A stretch of 64,000 nucleotides of DNA from a virus (IMGVR_UViG_2744054842_000001:11649-75648), one strand, 5' to 3'; shown: positions 37,315 through 47,657, counted from the first letter of the stretch. Numbers and translations: made by a program. Notes: a model not told the origin generated them from the sequence alone.

Positions 37315-38075
37315 CACACCCCTTCCCCGGCCGGCTGCCCGGCGCGCTTGATGTTCAACTTGGCCAGCAGGTGTGCACGGCACGCGGCGGCGCTGGTTGG
37401 GATCTGCTGAATCTCCAGCAGGCGGACCTGCTTCTGGCTGGCGTACTCGTCGGCCAGCTCGACCATGCTCTTCTGGCTGTCGTGACCGATGCCGGTGGCG
37501 ATGTCGCCCAGTGGCTCGCCGGCGACCAGCATGCGGATGGTGATGTCGTAGGCCCGGGCGAACACCTTCTCGGCGCGCTCCACCTCCATCGAACCCAGGT
37601 TGTGCGCCTCGCACTGCAGGGCCGCGTGGCGCACCGCTGCATGCGACCAAACACGGGAACCTGCCCTGCTGGGGTGGAAGTTCTCCAGCGCCTCTGCCAG
37701 GGCCCGCGCAAGCGGCGGAATACCCATCTCTTCCGGGGTCGGCTGGCACAGCTTGATGAACTTGCCGCTGCTCGGGGCGAAGTCGGTACCCAGCACCCGG
37801 CACTTCTGGATGCCGAAGCGGATCTGCTCGAGCGTGTTGATGCCCGCGGCTACGAAGGACTTGATCCAGCTGCGCTTGGCAGCTTTCAGGGCCTCGTCAT
37901 CCGGCCAGGCCTGCTTCCACGCCGGGAAGATGGCCTGCAGTTCCTTGAACAGGGCGTTGACCACTTCGGTGGTGCCTGGGTCCAGTTGCTTCGCCGGGGC
38001 CTGCACCTCGGCTGGCAGGTTGCGGGCCGTGGCCATGATCTGCGTCACGCTGCGCAGTTTCGGTTGTGCGGTCAT
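37314..38075 (-). CDS. Replication protein P-like
   Basis: LF.ELQAIFPAW, PSSGKFI.LC, WSHAAV motifs. Confidence 0.85.
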   Translation of the reverse strand: MTAQPKLRSVTQIMATARNLPAEVQAPAKQLDPGTTEVVNALFKELQAIFPAWKQAWPDDEALKAAKRSWIKSFVAAGINTLEQIRFGIQKCRVLGTDFAPSSGKFIKLCQPTPEEMGIPPLARALAEALENFHPSRAGSRVWSHAAVRHAALQCEAHNLGSMEVERAEKVFARAYDITIRMLVAGEPLGDIATGIGHDSQKSMVELADEYASQKQVRLLEIQQIPTSAAACRAHLLAKLNIKRAGQPAGEGV

Positions 38076-38815
38076 AAGCCCCCCAGGTCATCAGCCCAGC
38101 TGATGTCGTTGAAGTCGGGACCGCTGCGGCGCTGGCCCTGCTGGGCACCTGGCAGCACCCTCTCCGGGAACAGGCCGGTCCAGCCGTTGCTGATCGACTG
38201 GTTGATCACCGCGTCGGGTGCGTGGTGGCCGGCCAGGGTCTTGGCCTGCTTCGCGCAGGTGGTGGCGGTCAGCGGCTTGCGGATCTCTTTACGGTGCTGA
38301 CACCAGTCGGCCCATACGGCGGTGTTGACGTTGGACGGGCAGGCGGTCAGAGGGTCAAACTTCGAGGCCTTGCGCGAAGCGGTCGGGGACGCCTTGGCGG
38401 CCGCGCGCTCACCCTCAGTTGTACTGTTGCTCTTTGTATTACTCTCCTCCGCCTTTTCCGAAGAGGGGTCACCGTGTTTTCCGAATAGGGTCGTCGTGTT
38501 TTCCGAATAGGTATTCGACTTTCCGAATAGGTTCGTGAGACGCACACGACGCTCTACGACCTGCCGACCATCACGGATCAGTTCGACCCGCAAAAGACCC
38601 TTGGCCGACAAAGCACTGATGATCTCGGACACGCGAGAGCTCGACAGGCCAAAGAACCTGGCGAAATGGCTGTTGCTGGCGTAGCAGCCGCGGACAGGGT
38701 CTTGCAGGCTACCAATCTCCACCATCATCACCTTCTCGGTGATCGACAGGGAGTGGTCGAGCCAGACCTCGGCAGGGATCCATACGCCCTTGAATTGACG
38801 CGGGATGTCGGTCAT
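38072..38815 (-). CDS. Replication initiator (O-like, HTH)
   Basis: CYASNSHFA HTH, internal iterons, SISNGWTGLF C-domain. Confidence 0.85.
   Translation of the reverse strand: MTDIPRQFKGVWIPAEVWLDHSLSITEKVMMVEIGSLQDPVRGCYASNSHFARFFGLSSSRVSEIISALSAKGLLRVELIRDGRQVVERRVRLTNLFGKSNTYSENTTTLFGKHGDPSSEKAEESNTKSNSTTEGERAAAKASPTASRKASKFDPLTACPSNVNTAVWADWCQHRKEIRKPLTATTCAKQAKTLAGHHAPDAVINQSISNGWTGLFPERVLPGAQQGQRRSGPDFNDISWADDLGGL
38454..38531. repeat. Replication origin iterons (4 x TTTCCGAA(T/G)AGG)
   Basis: Copies at 38454, 38477, 38499 and 38520 inside the initiator gene. Confidence 0.85.
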
Positions 38816-39267
38816 TGGCCGTGCTCCTTGGCCATGCAGGCAAGAAGCTCCGCGTCATCGGCCATCGCCTTATCGATGGCCTGGTCGGCAGCTTCGGACT
38901 CAAGCCAGAAATGGCGCCCATCGGTAATCCCTACCGCCCGGGCGCAGTTGTTGTAGGGGAAGTCGCGCATGTAGCGATACCGCTTAGCGTCTTCTCGCAG
39001 TGCGTCGTTCTCGGAATGGATCTGATCGCCCTCATCATCGAGGCTGGTGATCAGATCGCGGACAGCCTTCGCAGCAACCTCGAGCGACTCGTGACGCGGA
39101 TGAACGCCGTTCTCGATCAGCAAAACGAGTTCCTTGGCTGCCTCCATGAGCTCGCAATACAACGAGTAGTCACCGATTCCGGCAGCGGTGACACGTCCGC
39201 CCGCCAGCTGCATGCCCAGGTGAATCGGCTCGACAGGGGCTTCAACAACAAGAGTCACGACTTTCAT
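38812..39267 (-). CDS. Phage hypothetical protein
   Basis: LREDAKRYR motif; coupled to neighbours. Confidence 0.6.
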   Translation of the reverse strand: MKVVTLVVEAPVEPIHLGMQLAGGRVTAAGIGDYSLYCELMEAAKELVLLIENGVHPRHESLEVAAKAVRDLITSLDDEGDQIHSENDALREDAKRYRYMRDFPYNNCARAVGITDGRHFWLESEAADQAIDKAMADDAELLACMAKEHGQ

Positions 39268-40067
39268 GGGCGACCCTTCCCTGCCAGTTCAACCAGTTCA
39301 GGGAAGCGATCCACGTACCAGTGGGGCTGCGTTTCGCGTGGGCATTGAGGGCTGGTCAAGTTCTTGCCATAGCGAAGCCCTTTGTCGGTGATTGCCCAGA
39401 ACGTGACCGTCTCCTGCTTGGAGTTCTTGCGCTGCATGACCTTGAGCAGGCCGGCCTGCTGCAGCGCCTTGTTGAACGAAGCTGGCGACATGCGAATGCC
39501 GTTGTCCTTGAGCAAGGCGGTCAGGGCCTTGGTCGGCAACGAACTGCCGCCAGCTGCGTCAGCCGGCGCATCCACGGCATAGCTGGGCAGGAACTTAGGA
39601 TCGAGGCCGTTGTTCTCGGCGATCTTGGTCAGCATCTGCATCTGGCAAGACGCGGCTGGCTTCAGGAGGCGCGTGAAGCACTCCATGATGGCGATCTCGC
39701 CTATCACCTTGGTGCCGTTGGCCATGACCGCCTGGCGTGCTTCGGACTGGCCTTCCAGTTCACGCCAGCGGCGAATCACCTTCATGCGCAGCCCAGCGCT
39801 ATAGCCGGTCAGCAAGCAGTCGGTGTGCTCGCGATCAAGCAGATACTCGACCTGCTCGCGGTTCTGCCCGTCCAAGTAGATGTGCTCAAAACTGAGTACA
39901 TCTGCTTTCAGTTCGGCCAGCATGGCCACAATGTCACGCTTAACGTTGGCGTGACGCTTGCCAGTCAAGCTGGCGATCTCTCGCGACGACATCGTGCGCG
40001 CCACGAAATCGTGGTTCGCATTTTGTGGCGCGGGCCTGGACAGGGCCTGTACACTTTGGGTCTGCAT
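39264..40067 (-). CDS. Rha-family regulator with antirepressor-like C-terminus
   Basis: MSSREIA.LTGKRH.NV.RD, LLTGYS..LR.KVI.RW.ELE. Confidence 0.88.
   Translation of the reverse strand: MQTQSVQALSRPAPQNANHDFVARTMSSREIASLTGKRHANVKRDIVAMLAELKADVLSFEHIYLDGQNREQVEYLLDREHTDCLLTGYSAGLRMKVIRRWRELEGQSEARQAVMANGTKVIGEIAIMECFTRLLKPAASCQMQMLTKIAENNGLDPKFLPSYAVDAPADAAGGSSLPTKALTALLKDNGIRMSPASFNKALQQAGLLKVMQRKNSKQETVTFWAITDKGLRYGKNLTSPQCPRETQPHWYVDRFPELVELAGKGRP
39997..40033. repeat. Dispersed palindrome CGCGCCAC-N20-GTGGCGCG, copy 3
   Basis: Inside the 5' end of the rha gene. Confidence 0.8.
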
Positions 40068-40195
40068 AGGTAAAATTCCTGAACAGAGTTTTTGTTATGC
40101 AGAGAGCCGGGCCGCAATCCCGGCTTTTTTGTCTCTGCGTTTTGGCGTCCCTTATCAGGGACTGGCGCCCGGGTCCCTAATTAGGGATCGGACGG

Positions 40196-40408
40196 TTACC
40201 TCGGCGCCGCGAACGGCACCACGTTGTTGCTCTTGGGCTTCCCCCGCTGCGCGAGGAAGTGCGTGGCCTTCTTCAGGATCTGCGCGGCAAGCTCGTCGGT
40301 GCTGACACCAACCTCCTCCGCCCAGGCCTCCAGGTCCGCGAAGTCATTCCGGCGGAACCGGGCGACCTCTACGTCGTGCTGCTGTACCGCTTCGTTTGCA
40401 GGCGACAT
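40196..40408 (-). CDS. Small putative DNA-binding protein
   Basis: Similar pattern to 40704-40883. Confidence 0.6.
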   Translation of the reverse strand: MSPANEAVQQHDVEVARFRRNDFADLEAWAEEVGVSTDELAAQILKKATHFLAQRGKPKSNNVVPFAAPR

Positions 40409-40427
40409 TCGTCCTCCCTTGACCTAT

Positions 40428-40637
40428 TCAGGCCCTGGCCTTCTTCTCGTTGATCAGCGGCAGGTGGCCGTGCTCTTTCTTGAACGCCAGCGCGGCCAGG
40501 ATGATTTCCCGGGCCAACACGCTGTGCTGAGCCTTGAGCTCCAGGGCGTATCCCTTCAGCTCGTTGAAGTCCTCGTCATCCAAGCGGACCTTGACCTGGT
40601 GGTCGTGTCGGTGTGCTTTGTCGTCGTAGGCCATCAA
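40428..40637 (-). CDS. RHH-like small regulator
   Basis: H.HD..VKVR.D motif; paralog of 40902-41090. Confidence 0.65.
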   Translation of the reverse strand: MMAYDDKAHRHDHQVKVRLDDEDFNELKGYALELKAQHSVLAREIILAALAFKKEHGHLPLINEKKARA

Positions 40638-40703
40638 GTGATCCCCTGCTCGCTGCTGCTTCAGTAGGTCGGTCGGGCTTATCAGTTACGCGTCAGGGCC
40701 TAT

Positions 40704-40883
40704 TCAGGCCTTTCGGTGGAACGGCATTACTGCCCCCCGCGGACTGCGGGGCTTGGTTCGGTTGGCCAGTTCTCGACGGATCAGGTCGGCTGCGAGCGCT
40801 TCAGGGCTGATGCCCCGTCTCGTCGCCTCTCGCTCCAGTTGCTCCATCAGTCCCTGGTCCAATCCGATGTCTTCAATCGGCAT
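40704..40883 (-). CDS. Small putative DNA-binding protein
   Basis: Hand translation MPIEDIGLDQGLMEQLEREA..RGISPEALAA; GGAGG RBS. Confidence 0.6.
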   Translation of the reverse strand: MPIEDIGLDQGLMEQLEREATRRGISPEALAADLIRRELANRTKPRSPRGAVMPFHRKA

Positions 40884-40901
40884 GGGGCCTCCTACGGGCC
40901 T

Positions 40902-41090
40902 TCAGGCCACGTTCTGATCGCCGGTATTCTCCGAAGCCAGGGCGGCCAATTGAGCTTCGAGCAGCTCACGACAGAGCACGGCGCGCTGGGTGCGGTGAAA
41001 CTTGGCCAGCGCCTGAATCAGTTCGAACGTGTCCTCATCGACCCGGACCTTGATCTCGCGGTCATGCAGGTGATTGCGGTTGGCGTACAT
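40902..41090 (-). CDS. RHH-like small regulator (cII position)
   Basis: Directly after cro; AAGGAG RBS. Confidence 0.65.
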   Translation of the reverse strand: MYANRNHLHDREIKVRVDEDTFELIQALAKFHRTQRAVLCRELLEAQLAALASENTGDQNVA

Positions 41091-41120
41091 GCGGGAGTAG
41101 CTCCTTGCAGTTGGAATTGG

Positions 41121-41336
41121 TTAGGCGGCGACTTGTGCCGGCGGGAAGGCATCATCAAGGGCGCAACTGGCGCCCAGGACGTTCAGCGCTTCCACGATTT
41201 GGCGCGCCTCTTGAAGGCCCGGATTCCTGAGGCCTGATTCGTAATTCGCCAGGCGGGACTGATTCCAGCCGAGCTGACGGCGCAGCGCTGCCTGGGTAAC
41301 GCCAGCCCTTTCGCGGATCGTTCGGACTTGGTTCAT
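41121..41336 (-). CDS. cro: Cro-like repressor
   Basis: HTH TQAAL...GWNQSRLANYESG; divergent from cI. Confidence 0.85.
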   Translation of the reverse strand: MNQVRTIRERAGVTQAALRRQLGWNQSRLANYESGLRNPGLQEARQIVEALNVLGASCALDDAFPPAQVAA

Positions 41337-41367
41337 ACGGTCTTCCTCCATTGATGACCGAAGGATA

Positions 41368-41428
41368 AACACGCATCGTGTTAATTGCAATCACAATAAG
41401 TGAAAGCCGGGTATTTCGTTTCGTGATG
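41368..41428. promoter_or_regulatory. OR operators, (A/T)CAC-N5-GTG(A/T)
   Basis: ACACgcatcGTGT, TCACaataaGTGA and a degenerate third site between cro and cI; same motif at OL. Confidence 0.7.
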
Positions 41429-41439
41429 AAATTCCGCGC

Positions 41440-42246
41440 ATGAACGAATCATTGAGCCAGCGCATCAAGCGCCTGAGAAAAGCCAAAGGGATGTCCCAGG
41501 CCCAACTTGCTGAGGCCTGCGGCTGGAAATCGCAATCCCGGGTTGGTAACTATGAGGTCGGCACTCGCGAGCCTACCTTGGCGGATATCGCCTCGATGGC
41601 AGCAGCCTTGGGCGTGGACCAGTCCGAGCTGCTCCTGAATTCGCCGGCGCCTGAACCAACTGCCGCGCCTGAGCGGAGCATGGCCGATCTTGTGAAGCAG
41701 ATGCTCGCAAAGAGCGGAAAAGGCTTTTCCGAAGAGGCGCGCCGCCGGCTTCTCGCAGCAGCTGAGGAGCCGCAACCGTCAAACGTGATTGAGGCTGACT
41801 TCTCCCGCCCAGGCCTGGTAGGTGATGAGGTGTGGATTGCCCACTACGATGTCCGGGCATCGATGGGCGGAGGTCAGAGCGCGCACGACTTTCCAGAGCT
41901 GCTCAAGGACATCCGCGTCAGCCCGAGCCATCTCCGTGAGCTGGGCGTCGAGTTCGAAGAGCACTTCCACCTGAAGGTGGTCACCGGATGGGGCCAGTCG
42001 ATGGAGCCCACCATCAAGCACCGCGACCCGCTGATCGTGAACATCAACGTCCGCGAGTTCGTGGGCGACGGGATCTACCTCTTCGTCTGGGATGACCTGC
42101 TCTACATCAAGCGCCTGCAGGTGGCTGATGAGGAGCACTTCGAGATGATTTCGGACAACCCGAGGCACAAGGATCGGCTGATCCGCCGGGATATGACCTA
42201 CATCCAGGCCAGGGTGCTGCTGGTGTGGAATGCTCATCTAGTGTGA
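41440..42246 (+). CDS. cI: CI repressor (HTH + S24 peptidase)
   Basis: N-terminal HTH; GQSMEPTI and YIKRLQ S24 motifs. Confidence 0.93.
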   Translation: MNESLSQRIKRLRKAKGMSQAQLAEACGWKSQSRVGNYEVGTREPTLADIASMAAALGVDQSELLLNSPAPEPTAAPERSMADLVKQMLAKSGKGFSEEARRRLLAAAEEPQPSNVIEADFSRPGLVGDEVWIAHYDVRASMGGGQSAHDFPELLKDIRVSPSHLRELGVEFEEHFHLKVVTGWGQSMEPTIKHRDPLIVNINVREFVGDGIYLFVWDDLLYIKRLQVADEEHFEMISDNPRHKDRLIRRDMTYIQARVLLVWNAHLV

Positions 42247-42352
42247 AATTACTCGCAGCCGGACAGGCCCAAACCCGGTTTCTTTTAGCAACGCGCGTGA
42301 CTGTAATTCCATTAGCTACGCCTATCTCGCTGAACATACTCAGAAGGAAGGA

Positions 42353-43648
42353 ATGATGTACCACGAAGGATTTGAAGAGCTTAAAAGAGCGCTTGAGAAG
42401 CAAAGAGCCGAGCGGCTAACTTTGCCCCCGAGATTCTCTTTTAAAGAACATGATGTCTATAACTTTGACAGACTCATGGACTTCTTCAATTGGGACATTC
42501 ATAACACCCCGGTAGAGATTGATCTAACCCAATGCCACACAGCCAATTACCAAGCTTTATCTCTGTTAGCTATTTATGGATGGCAGCTTAAGGCTCAAGG
42601 GTGCAGAGTCACATTCATTGAAAATGACAGGGGCACTGGAGCAAGCGAAATGTGGCGAAGCATGGGTGCTCGCGGCCTATTTCCTGTTCTGTTCAATGAC
42701 GAGCAACAATTCAAAGGCCACCAGTTCAAACCGCTATTTGCCCTCCGAAATGCGGCCGATTTCGGTTCAATCATCCAATCTGCGGAGAGTTACACAAAGG
42801 GGTTCAACGTTGAGTATGAAAGCACTCTACGATATGTACTCAGCGAACTCCTATACAACACCATGGAGCATGGAACGTGTTACCAAGGCAACACTCGAAT
42901 ACCCTCCCTTGTCCAGTTTACGTGGTACAAGAGCAGGAATGAGATCCAATTCATTATCGCAGACCTCGGAATCGGGATCAAAAAACACATAGAACAGGCT
43001 TTCCCTCCCCTAGAGAGTGACGAGGAGGCTATTGAGTTTGCCCTCCGTCCTAAAGTTTCCGGTACGTTTGGACGATCCGACCCATACAGAACGAAAAATA
43101 ATGCCGGCATGGGCCTATACATTTCGTCAAACATCATTCGCCGCCTGAATGCCGATATGCACGTTTTGTCTCGCAACGGCCTCGTACATATTTCACCCAG
43201 AGATGTAACCCAGAGAAAATTAATCAACCCATGGCCGGGAACTCTTGTACTCGTCTCCCTACGACTTGAGCAAAATACCACTTTCCTTCTGCATAAGATG
43301 ATGCAGGAATTTCGTGATGCAGCAGATAAAGAACAGAAGCTAGGCGATAGTAATGAGGAAAATTCACGGTTCGTGATTGGAATCTTTAATTTCTTTGGTA
43401 AATATGCAGAAGACAAAGAGGCTGCCATACGATTCCGCGACAAGCGAGTATTCCCAGCAATTGAAGAAGGGAAGTCCATTGTTATAGATTTTGACAATGT
43501 CGTTAGCTCTCCACATAGTTTTCTGAGCGCCCTACTCGCCTCACCAATAAAGATTCTAGGGATGAGTGCTTATAAGAAAATTAAAGTCGTGAACGCCGCC
43601 CCCGAAATCAGGGAAACCATCGACTTCATCCTTGACGACAACACTTGA
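42353..43648 (+). CDS. STAS-like / HATPase / DUF4325 protein (moron, candidate defence)
   Basis: SELLYN..EH, IADLGIGI, AGMGL GHKL boxes; C-terminal IDFDNV....SFL STAS-like domain; low GC. Confidence 0.8.
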   Translation: MMYHEGFEELKRALEKQRAERLTLPPRFSFKEHDVYNFDRLMDFFNWDIHNTPVEIDLTQCHTANYQALSLLAIYGWQLKAQGCRVTFIENDRGTGASEMWRSMGARGLFPVLFNDEQQFKGHQFKPLFALRNAADFGSIIQSAESYTKGFNVEYESTLRYVLSELLYNTMEHGTCYQGNTRIPSLVQFTWYKSRNEIQFIIADLGIGIKKHIEQAFPPLESDEEAIEFALRPKVSGTFGRSDPYRTKNNAGMGLYISSNIIRRLNADMHVLSRNGLVHISPRDVTQRKLINPWPGTLVLVSLRLEQNTTFLLHKMMQEFRDAADKEQKLGDSNEENSRFVIGIFNFFGKYAEDKEAAIRFRDKRVFPAIEEGKSIVIDFDNVVSSPHSFLSALLASPIKILGMSAYKKIKVVNAAPEIRETIDFILDDNT

Positions 43649-43730
43649 CAAAATCCATCCCCCCGGCCATAAAGAGATTGTCGATGCGAAAGGAGTCGCG
43701 CTTCCATCGATCTCCGGCGTAATGCCTACC

Positions 43731-43770
43731 CGAAAAGCCCTTCCTTCCAGGAAGGGCTTTTCTTTTCTCT
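43731..43770. terminator. Intrinsic terminator (probably bidirectional)
   Basis: GAAAAGCCCTTCCTTCCAGGAAGGGCTTTTC perfect stem. Confidence 0.85.
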
Positions 43771-44097
43771 TCAGATAGTTAGCTGTTCCTCCACCCTCTC
43801 CTCCTGCCAATCCCTCTCCGCGACCAGGTCGTCTCGATCGTCTGCGCTCTGCGGCTCCCACCGAACCGTCACGCTCTCGTCGTCATTGAACGTCAGGTCC
43901 AGCTCCGGCGTTTCGGCCAGCAGCCCCATCACCTCCTCCCACTCCCTGTCTCCATCCGTGTCCAGGCGATGGATCGTCACCCAGCGCTGAGTCTGCGCGA
44001 TCGGGTGATTGATCATCGATGAAACCCGCAGGCCAAGGCGTTCCAGCCCGGTCATTTCCTGGCGCGCCTGCGGCGCCGACTTCTTCTGCGTGGCCAT
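43771..44097 (-). CDS. DUF1654 protein
   Basis: ERLGLRVSSMINHP.AQ..RWV.IHRLD. Confidence 0.8.
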   Translation of the reverse strand: MATQKKSAPQARQEMTGLERLGLRVSSMINHPIAQTQRWVTIHRLDTDGDREWEEVMGLLAETPELDLTFNDDESVTVRWEPQSADDRDDLVAERDWQEERVEEQLTI

Positions 44098-44112
44098 TCC
44101 TTCCTCCGCTAA

Positions 44113-44128
44113 CTGTACATCCATCCAG
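44113..44128. promoter_or_regulatory. LexA (SOS) box
   Basis: CTGTACATCCATCCAG (CTG-N10-CAG) upstream of the DUF1654 gene. Confidence 0.75.
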
Positions 44129-44146
44129 TATTGAGCAGAGCATACA

Positions 44147-44253
44147 TCACGCCTTGTGAAAGGTGAACACGCTTCGCTTGGAAGAATTTCAAAACGGCCT
44201 CGAAAAAATAAATCACATTTCGTGTTGACATAAAAAACACATTGCGTGATATT
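44147..44253 (+). promoter_or_regulatory. OL operators and PL promoter (TTGACA-N17-GATATT)
   Basis: TCACgccttGTGA, TCACatttcGTGT and ACACattgcGTGA around the -35/-10 boxes. Confidence 0.8.
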
Positions 44254-44306
44254 TGCCTCAACACAGCAGTCACTCACGAGGGACTGCAGAGGCCCTCAAG
44301 CCTCAC

Positions 44307-44319
44307 CGCTCTTTAACAA
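44307..44319 (+). promoter_or_regulatory. boxA antitermination site
   Basis: CGCTCTTTAACAA downstream of PL. Confidence 0.8.
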
Positions 44320-44600
44320 CCTGCGCCATGCCCGACTACCCGGCCCAGCCGGTTAGGTCACTCCCGGCTCCATCGGTGGGAGGTCAGTAAACCGATGAAC
44401 AAAACCGCACTTGCCTCTACCGGCGACCGGCGATCCGACAGGCCCGAAAGCCTGCCCACGCGCAGCCCACTGCGACGGCGGACGAGGTGTTGACCGAACT
44501 GAGTGGATGACCTGGTAAGCGGGTGCGGAGAAACACCACGAGATTCACTGAAGCACCTGGGCGACCGGGTGCTTTGGGAATCCACTGGAGGAACGCCGAT

Positions 44601-47484
44601 ATGAGTTCGTGGCGAGGCTGGGAACGAAACAATGGGAGGCCGCGCCATGCAAGCGGTCGTGTTGATGTTCGATATGCCGACGGCAAGGAGTTCCATGACC
44701 GTCGCGCAGAGGACTGCTACTGGGGCAAGGACAGTCTGATCGAGTCATGGCGGCCGACCCCGACCAACCAAATCAAATGAGCGACAGGCAATTTCACTGG
44801 CTGGCCTTGGCGACAGGGCCAGACGGGAAATCAACCGCCCTGGAGGGCAAGACGATGAACCTGAATGACAGAAAGCAGGACGACCGAATCCGATCGGCCC
44901 TGCGCAATGCGGATCGTCGCGGTCAGCTGCAAGTGGTTGCAGCGGTAACCGGCATTGCCGGTGGCGTCGATAAGCTGCGCGAGATCATGAACAGCACCGA
45001 CGAGTTGCACATCATGGACCGCGGCATGCTAGCCCTGCACCTGGGCTGAATACCTTGACGGCCGGAAAGACTGGCCCGATGCCCTGCTCCCCATCGCAGG
45101 CTGCATCGGTGGACCAATTGGTGAAGGACAACCCAGCCTCTCACACCCCGGGCGAAGCTGGTCGAGCTATGAAGCCAGTTGCTCCACCGATGCATCCCGC
45201 ATCCGTAGGAGACGAAATGAAAAGAACCCATCTCATCGATTCCGTGTCGGTTACCGATCCGTCGGGCTACAGCCATACAGTGAACGTATACGAGGATGAA
45301 ATCCTCACCCAAACCCTGCAGGGAACTCGCAGCACCAAGGGCCTGAAGTCATACGCCCTGGCCAACGGAAACCCTGTCAACTTCATCTCAGAAGGCAAGT
45401 TTTACGACGTTTTCGGCGAGCGCACCCTGACCGCCGCGTAATCCCCTCAAGCGATAGCGGGCCGCGTTGTAGCCCGCACTACCCCTCTCACTTCACATCG
45501 ACCGCATTGGCAGGCGCCAGGCCACCTTTCACGGTGGGTTTGGTCACCCGCGCCTGGCTCCTGGCCAATGCGGTCCAGAGGATTTTCCATATGTGCGATT
45601 GCAGGCAGAAATTCGAAAAGGCTGCAGCAGAGCGGCACCCTGAAATCATCGGTGCCGAGGCTACCTTGCAGGGTTACATGCTCATTCCAGCCGGCCGCCA
45701 GTACGCGAAATGCGAGGTCGTCGGAACCCGCACCACAGCCAAAGGCAAAGAAGTTAAGGCCAAGGCAACCATCAACGTGCTTGGCAACTACTGCATGTTC
45801 TGCGGTGAGAAGCACCCGGAGGCAGCATGAGCAAAGTAACAGGCGGCCCTGCCTTCCCAACGCAGATCAACAACAGCGGAATCACGCCGATCAAGGGTTT
45901 CAATGGCGAAGAAATCAAGCCGCAAACCTTCAGCGCATACCCGGGCATGAACCTGCGTGATTACTTCGCCGCCAAGTTCGCAGCTGCTCAGGCAACTGCG
46001 ACCAGTGCAGACAGCAATTTCATAAACCCTGGCTACGTTGATCCGCGCGATGGTAGGCCGGTCGCACAGAAGATTGCGGAAACCTCCTACGAACTAGCCG
46101 ACGCCATGCTCGCCGCCCGGTTGAAGCCATGAGCAAGCTCGGTTACTGCGAGGGTGAAACCTGCGCCCGCGATGGCTGCGAGGGCTCCATCGAAATAGAG
46201 TCAGTAAAGGATTGCAGCTGCCACATCGCTGCGCCCTGCTGGAATCACGAGAACGCCGACATGCACTGCCCCGATTGCGGGTGGCGCGCAGCCGATGACC
46301 CTCTCTGCGTTCGTGAGATCGAATCCATCAGCTTGGGCGCCCCTCTTCCCTTCATCCAGACAAAACCGCGCGTGCTCGACCCTACCAAGATCGACTGGGT
46401 GGCAAAGCTTCACACAGCCAGCTCGATGATCAAGGAAGGCGTTTTCCCTGTTGGCACCACCGCCAAGGAAGTTGAGGAAAAGGTGCGCGGCACCTTTGGC
46501 GGCCGCTTCGAGCGATTCGACGCGGAAAAAGGCCTCTTCAAGTACATCGCATACCCCGACTGAACCCACCACCTGGAGGCGACCATGGGCGCACTTCGAG
46601 CAGCACAATGGCAGTACGACAACCAGTTGCCTCCGGCGGTGAGCGAAAGCGCGGCTGAGCAGGCGGAGGCACGCTGGATCGACGACGGTATCGCAGAGCT
46701 GATGGCGCGCCGTGACGTAGTGTTCCAGCGCAACTTCCGCCAGCGTGGCGTGACCTACGAACGCTTCGCTCAGGCGGTGGATGAGTTCGTGATGGGCCAG
46801 CTTGGGCTGTCTGGCATCAGCAATTCGGTGCTTGGCCGTCTGGTCCTGTCTGCGCGCTGCAAGGTCACCAGCGATGCCGCGGCAGCTGCCGACGAAATCA
46901 TGAGCATGGCGAGCCCTGAGGCAGCACTACAGGAGATCGCCCGCCAGCTGCTCACGCCCTTCGCCAAGGAAGCAGTGCTGGCCCAGGCCGAGGACGCGGA
47001 ATGAATCCTCACAGCGTGGCGGTTCGCGCCATCGAGGCCGCAATCGAGACGATGCTTCTGCCGGGCTCAGGCCCGGTGGAGGATGCGAAGGCCGAATCCA
47101 TGGTGGTCGCATGCTTCTCTCTTCTGGCCATCGACTCCAACGAGTTTAAACACTACTGCGAGCGCATTCGGCGTATTGCCGTTCGGCGCAAGGAGGCTGC
47201 ATGAGCACCGCACCTGTCAAATCCCTGATTGACGAACAGCTTGAGCAGATCGAACGCAGCCTGGCGATCATCGGCGTGGGTCTTCCCCGCGAACTCCCGG
47301 TGCAGAAGCTGCCGCCGGAGATCGTCGCGGCGCTCAAGGCCGGCCAGATCGCTGTGAGGCCCCGGCCATGACCAGCTACCAGCGCGCCCGGCGCCTGGTC
47401 ATCTGGCGCGGCTCCTTCTCCATGCTCTTCGCCTGCACCTTCTTCATGCTCGCCAGTGCACTGGCCGGCAGCATCACTTCCTGA
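44601..47484 (+). other. PL-arm small hypothetical ORFs (44601-44780, 44855-45049, 45217-45441, 45591-45830, 45827-46132, 46129-46563, 46585-47004, 47001-47204 and two shorter ones)
   Basis: Co-oriented, RBS-bearing, often ATGA-coupled ORFs. Confidence 0.65.
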
Positions 47485-47657
47485 ACACACACCCGGCGCA
47501 CGGCGGGCCTTCGGGATAACCGTACCCCTTCGGGAGCGTAAGCGGCGAGAGCGCGCAACCATCCACCGCAGCCAGGGCCTGGAGCGTACCTCCGTGCCTG
47601 GGTGACCTGGCATTTCCCCTTTCAACTGACGGCGCCGGCCTGGCGCGAGGTTTTCCA

